A stretch of DNA of 64,000 bases, from NCBI GenBank assembly GCA_051294375.1, contig CM119263.1:27757951-27821950 (forward strand), in the 5' to 3' direction. The DNA comes from Paraspadella gotoi (lineage: Eukaryota > Animalia > Chaetognatha). The position numbers were made by a program, and so were the translations under genes. The first letter of the stretch is position 1. Each line of letters starts with the position of its first letter. A model generated the notes under the pieces. The model saw only the letters and a program-made list of their open reading frames with translations, made no database searches and was not told the DNA's origin. This document shows positions 58,655 through 64,000 of the stretch, one piece after another.

Positions 58655-60124
58655 TTTTTTTTTCCATGAATAAAAACGGCTACACCGAATAATACAACTT
58701 CAAACAAAATAGAAATTTCAGTCAAATAAGATAGAATTAAAAAAAAAAGAACATCTATCTTTATCTCATTGCGTATCTCTTCTCTGCTTTCCCTCTCTTC
58801 CTTTCTCTTTCACTTATTCACCTCTCACGCCCACATTCTCTTTCCACTTTTTAGTCTCTCTCTCTCTTCTCTCTCTCTCTCTTCTCTCTCTCTCTTTCTC
58901 TACTCTCTCTCTTCTCTCTCTCTCCTCTCTCTCTCTCTTCTCTCATCTCCACCGTCTAACCCAGGCCAGGTTGTCAACCAACAAAAAGGACAACATTGTT
59001 AGAATATCTAATGATTTTCGGGCACTGGCGCGCCGAGGATCGCTACCGCGGAGGGGCGCTCCGCACAGGATGCGCTTCGCGGGAGGGGCGCTTTCGCAGA
59101 GCGGGCGTTCCCTGGAGGGTCGCTCCGCAGAGGGTCGCTGCGCAGGAGGGGCGAAAAATTTATGAAGTGTCTTCTTTTTCTCTCTCTCCCGCGCGCGTAT
59201 CTCCCGCCGGGAGAGAAACGAGGTGGGAGAAACGAACAAAAGAACACCTTAGATGGAGGAGGAGGAGGAGGAGAAGGTGGAGGAAGAGGGAAGGTTTAGG
59301 AAGAGGAGGAGGAGGATGGAAAAATAGAGAAGGAAAAAAAAAAAGCGCAAAAGAAAAGTAAGAGGAGAATAACGATGAAACGAATGTTTCAAGTCGTATT
59401 TGACAGAATTTGCGTTACTATCGTCACGTAATATTNNNNNNNNNNNNNNNNNNNNNNNNNTCTTCTTATTCTCCTCCTCCTCCTCTTCCTAAACCTCCTC
59501 TTCCTCCACCTTCTCCTCCTCCTCCTCCTCCATCTAAGGTGTTCTTTTGTTCGTTTCTCCCACCTCGTTTCTCTCCCGGCGGAGATACGCGCGCGGGAGA
59601 GAGAGAAAAAGAAGACACTTCATAAATTTTTCGCCCTCTGCGCAGCGACCCTCTGCGGAGCGACCCTCCAGGGAACGCCCCTCTGCGAAGCGCCCCTCCG
59701 CGAAGCGCATCCTGTGCGGAGCGCCCCTCCGCGGAGCGATCCTCGGCGGCGCCAGTGCCCGAAAATCATTAGATATTCTAACAATGTTGTCCTTTTTGTT
59801 GGTTGACAACCTGGCCTGGGTTAGACGGTGGAGATGAGAGAAGAGAGAGAGAGAGGAGAGAGAGAGAAGAGAGAGAGTAGAGAAAGAGAGAGAGAGAAGA
59901 GAGAGAGAGAGAAGAGAGAGAGAGACTAAAAAGTGGAAAGAGAATGTGGGCGTGAGAGGTGAATAAGTGAAAGAGAAAGGAAGAGAGGGAAAGCAGAGAA
60001 GAGATACGCAATGAGATAAAGATAGATGTTCTTTTTTTTTAATTCTATCTTTATTTGACTTGAATTTCTATTTTGTTTGAAGTTGTATATTCGGTGTAGC
60101 CGTTTTTATTCATGGAAAAAAAAA
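58655..60124. repeat. Inverted repeat 58655-59316 vs 59470-60124 around an N-gap
   Basis: Near-identical mirrored sequence; identical ORF translations 58769..59002(+) and 59778..60011(-). Confidence 0.9.
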
Positions 60125-60149
60125 NNNNNNNNNNNNNNNNNNNNNNNNN

Positions 60150-61816
60150 AGTAATGTCCGACCGAGATCTACCACGGCTAACACTAAAAATCAATTGAAC
60201 TTTGTTGCGTAATCCGGCCAATGATTACACGGACTATTGGGTGCAGCCCGAAATGGATGTCGGCACCGCTGCGCGAAGGGGAGAGGGCATAAGGCGAATG
60301 TGTTAAGAATAGGCAGGAAGAAACCAACTTTGAGACTGCTCAGGCCAGATAAATATAAAATAATATATTAACAAGTACTAAAAATTATATAATCAGGGCT
60401 TGCACTAAACTATTATGCCACAGGTTATTGAGGAAATGTCCAAATAAAATTCGCAGTGAAAACGTGACTTTTACCTTGATGGAAAAGAAATGAGTATGCA
60501 TAGTGTTCTTAAATAATTTCTTTCTGATGAGTGTAAATGCTAGTCTTTCTGACTAGAGCGCGATCTGTATACCTCGTCAAAGAGATATAAAGTTTTAATA
60601 AAAAAAGATACAATAAACTGAACAATTCAATGACAAAAATAATACAACGACAACCTTGAGAGACAGGCATCGACTGACGTCGGTTCTATTGAGCTTTGAC
60701 CTATCCGTTCCAGCCTCCAGCTAACAACGAACTGAACCGAACAACGATAAGAGATCACCAGCGGGTGCGGAGGGCGAAGTTCCACTCCACTTCCAGGCTT
60801 CATCCCCCAACTCACCTCGCAAATGCCTCGCCGTCATGGTGAGTTCGACGCAGCTAACCGTCGTAGGAACGGCCTTGTCTTGGCGTGGACTTGTTATGAA
60901 GACAAAAGAGGGTGGGTTCCTGCGGGTGGTTGGTTGAAAGCAGGAGGGTGAGAGGAAGGGGGGGTTTTGGAGAGAAATATGTGCGAAAGAAAATTAACTT
61001 TGATGTGTATGGATTTTTTCTTGTTTCTTTATGTTATCTCTCTCTTTCTTCTTTTAAATTTGTCTCTTTCTTTCTCTTTCTTTATCTTATATTTCTTTTC
61101 ATTATTTTCTTTCTTTTTCTTCTTTTTCCCTTTTTCTTTCTTTCTTTCTTTCTTCTTCTTCTTTCTTTCTTTCTTTCTTGTTCTGTTCTTTCTTTTCTGT
61201 GACCTTTCTTCTTTTATAATGTTATCTTTGCTCTTACTCAATTCTTTTTCTCAATCTCTCTTTCCCTCCCGACGCTGTCCCACCCTAACCCATTGTTCCC
61301 TCTCCAATTTCACTCCCCACTGCCCTAACCCTCGATAGTTGATGGAACCCTGTCAGACCTTCTTGGATTGACCCGCGCCAGGGTTGCGGGCTCGAAGAAG
61401 GAGTTGAGGCCTGAACGGCGGCGTCGACCAGTTGCGACATAATCTTGAGACATCAACGACGAGCGCCGTTTCGTAATAGACATGAACACAATGGACATCG
61501 AGAAGCGGCCGCCGCCGAGAAAGCATGTGGCATTACGCTCAAACTGCCCAAAGACGCCGTCGGAATGGGTAAAACAGACTTGTTGAGGGGCGGGATTGCA
61601 AGGATGACGGGCGGAAGGATTCGGAATCGTTTGTGAGGGAAGGGCTGGACTCGGTTGAAAGCGTGAAAAAGACGAGGGAAAAAAAGAGGAAATCACAATA
61701 GATTGGTCAGTCTTTGAATTCCAATTTCGGAAGAGCTCACCACTATGGTTCATTATACTGTTTATATCAGGTTGTTTTCCTCATTTTTGCCTTTCAAATT
61801 TCTTCTCAAACTCCCC

Positions 61817-61847
<31 letters not shown>

Positions 61848-62810
61848 CTCTGACTCACAGATTTGATCGTTCCTTGATTGCGTCTTCGATGACGTCAGGG
61901 CCAGCTCTCCGCTCAGGGTTCAAAGGCTCTCAAAGCGAGCTGTTGTAGCGGTGCTTGCTTCCACGAGCCACTCGATCAACGCACTCGAACGCATATCCGC
62001 CAAACATCACCAAGTTGTCGCAATTAGAGAACGCGGCTGCCAACTGGAAGAAATTGATGATTCATTTATTTATTTAGTTTTGAAAATCTATATAAATCAA
62101 TTACAATATTCGTTAAATCCATGTATTGTTATTTCTCCTATTGTGTATCTTTGATATATTATTTATATTATATTTTATACAATAGATCAAAACATTGTTT
62201 AAAATCCTTTCTTTCAAATCACTATAATTATCAAAATTCTATAATCACTTACATATTGTTACCTATAAAAATTACTCTGAGATACCATTGTTTATAATAC
62301 AAATCTAATTATTCATGTTACTTTCATTCAAGTTAATATATTACATATATCTTCATCAATCCACCAACTATTTATTACATTCAATAAGACTCTAATTCCT
62401 TACATCAATCTCAGTTAATTGAATTCGAATACGACACCTATCACTACCCATTCTCCCGAGATCCGACTACGGCATTTCCAAATTCATCCACCTTCGCACG
62501 ACTCTCCGGAAACCGCCGCCAGCACGAGTATTTCCTTTGAGTCCCCTGACATTATGAAGATTGCAGTGGTGCTCCTTCGTAAATACGTCGATAGAAACAA
62601 GTGGCTTACTCCGCTTAACAAGCTCTTCGCACTTCTGGAACTCGACCGTTGTGCGCCTGGATATTCCAAATATGTACAATAAACCATCTAACCATCAATT
62701 CACAAAGATATTATGCAATATATCTTTGTATGTGAACATTACTAAAAACTTGATTAACTTTGCTCGGGAAAAGTTCTCACATATCAAGGTAACTAGGTCT
62801 GCGTCTCTTT
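60150..62810 (-). other. Indel-ridden reverse-complement copy of IR25a-like region ~53000-55260 (probable raw long-read/assembly artefact; inverted pseudogene less likely)
   Basis: Reverse complement matches exons and introns in order: 60150-60275 to the 55153 exon, ~60690-60925 to 54582-54779, ~61335-61560 to 54007-54222, ~61855-62046 to 53593-53757, ~62490-62660 to 53121-53243. Differences are mostly scattered insertions. Confidence 0.85.
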
Positions 62811-64000
62811 TTTACATCAACTGGAGAAATCTAAGTTCGATTCTTGTCTCTTCTCCGTGCTCTGCTCTCGGCGTCCCACCCTCCATCTCTCCTTCCTCTA
62901 TCGCCTCAGGTCGATCGCTGTACTTATAACCGCTACCCTGCGAGCTCCTGTGTGTGTTGTGTGGGTTAGTCTCCCGATAGTTCTCATTATAGGATGTTCC
63001 TCAGACCTCATCACTTCCAAGGATCTATTCAATGCTTATGACTCATATTGTATATGATACGTTAAATCCTGAATAAAATTCTCCCTGCTTACAGTCGTGA
63101 TCTATCAGTCCTATAATCTCACTATACAAGTGCTCTCTTGTACAGCAATCAGTCCCTTCACTGCCGTGACCTCGTCTCTCTCTCTCAGAGCCTGTCTCTT
63201 CTCGTTTCTCGTGGCATCCTATCCTCTCCATAGAAAGAGTGTGTGACGCAACCAACGAACTCGTGTCGTGAGCCTCTTTCCCGAGTCCTTCTCCATATGC
63301 TATAGGAACTCACTGCAAAAATCCATTCGCTCGCCCCCTGAGCGCGAGTGAGTGAAGAGAAGGCGGTCGAAATTATCACAGTTTAAACCAAACTCTCTCT
63401 AGTCGTGTTGCCGAACGGCGTCTGATTCTCCGCTGGCTTAGCTCGAGTATAGTCTCTCTCACGTGTAAATAAGCAGCTATAAATGCATACGGTAGTACTG
63501 CCGGTCCACACTTGATGTGGATCGTTCGTCTGAACTCGATTGCAATCCATGTGCGATCGTTAAACAAATGGTTTGCTAATAAACCCATCCACGCAAAATG
63601 ACGAGCAGACCTCGCGAGTATGATTCGTAGACTACATGTGAACGACTTGGTCTCTCCTAATGTTCCCTGGCTCCTCAGGTGATTATAGAACCAGATTTCC
63701 GTCTATCCAAAAGTTAGTATGTGAGGCACACTCGGAACACGAACCCAAACAAAAACGATGATGGACAGTATCCCGCCAATAACAGATTAACAGATTGAAT
63801 CGAGATTGGATATTTCGAAGACGTCTATGTATGCAAATAAAGAAAGAAACGAAATAAAATAAACACAGCGCCGCCCAGAAGAGAGAGATACGAAAAAATT
63901 GCCCGGTCTCGAACCTCCTATATCGTCCCGAACTGGAAACCAGTAATAGTTAAATAGTCTCTCTTCATCTACATGCTCTCATGCGTCTCTCTCCTTTCTC

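Overview
Eukaryotic (animal, most likely a protostome invertebrate) genomic DNA. It is AT-rich, intron-dominated, packed with (GA/TC)n, (TCG)n and (CAT)n microsatellites, and broken by six N-gaps. Most ORFs in the supplied track are microsatellite translations. I assembled two real spliced genes by hand, both on the + strand. (1) The 5' half of sequestosome-1/p62 (PB1 + ZZ domains, ~7537-8816), readable only through many indels. (2) A multi-exon IR25a-type ionotropic co-receptor (~41088-58024) covering signal peptide, ATD, S1, M1 and pore loop; M3/S2/M4 are not in the window. Several stretches look like uncorrected long-read or chimeric sequence: inverted duplications at 1-4042 and 58655-60124, and an indel-ridden reverse copy of the receptor gene from 60150 onward. 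Non-autonomous transposons are present (a foldback element with a clear TSD, MITE-like hairpins, Helentron/DINE-1-like heads, tRNA-SINE fragments). I found no convincing novel multi-gene system. The most unusual signals concern splice-site architecture: tandem repeats that copy the splice junctions themselves, and complementary C-rich/G-rich tracts around exons.
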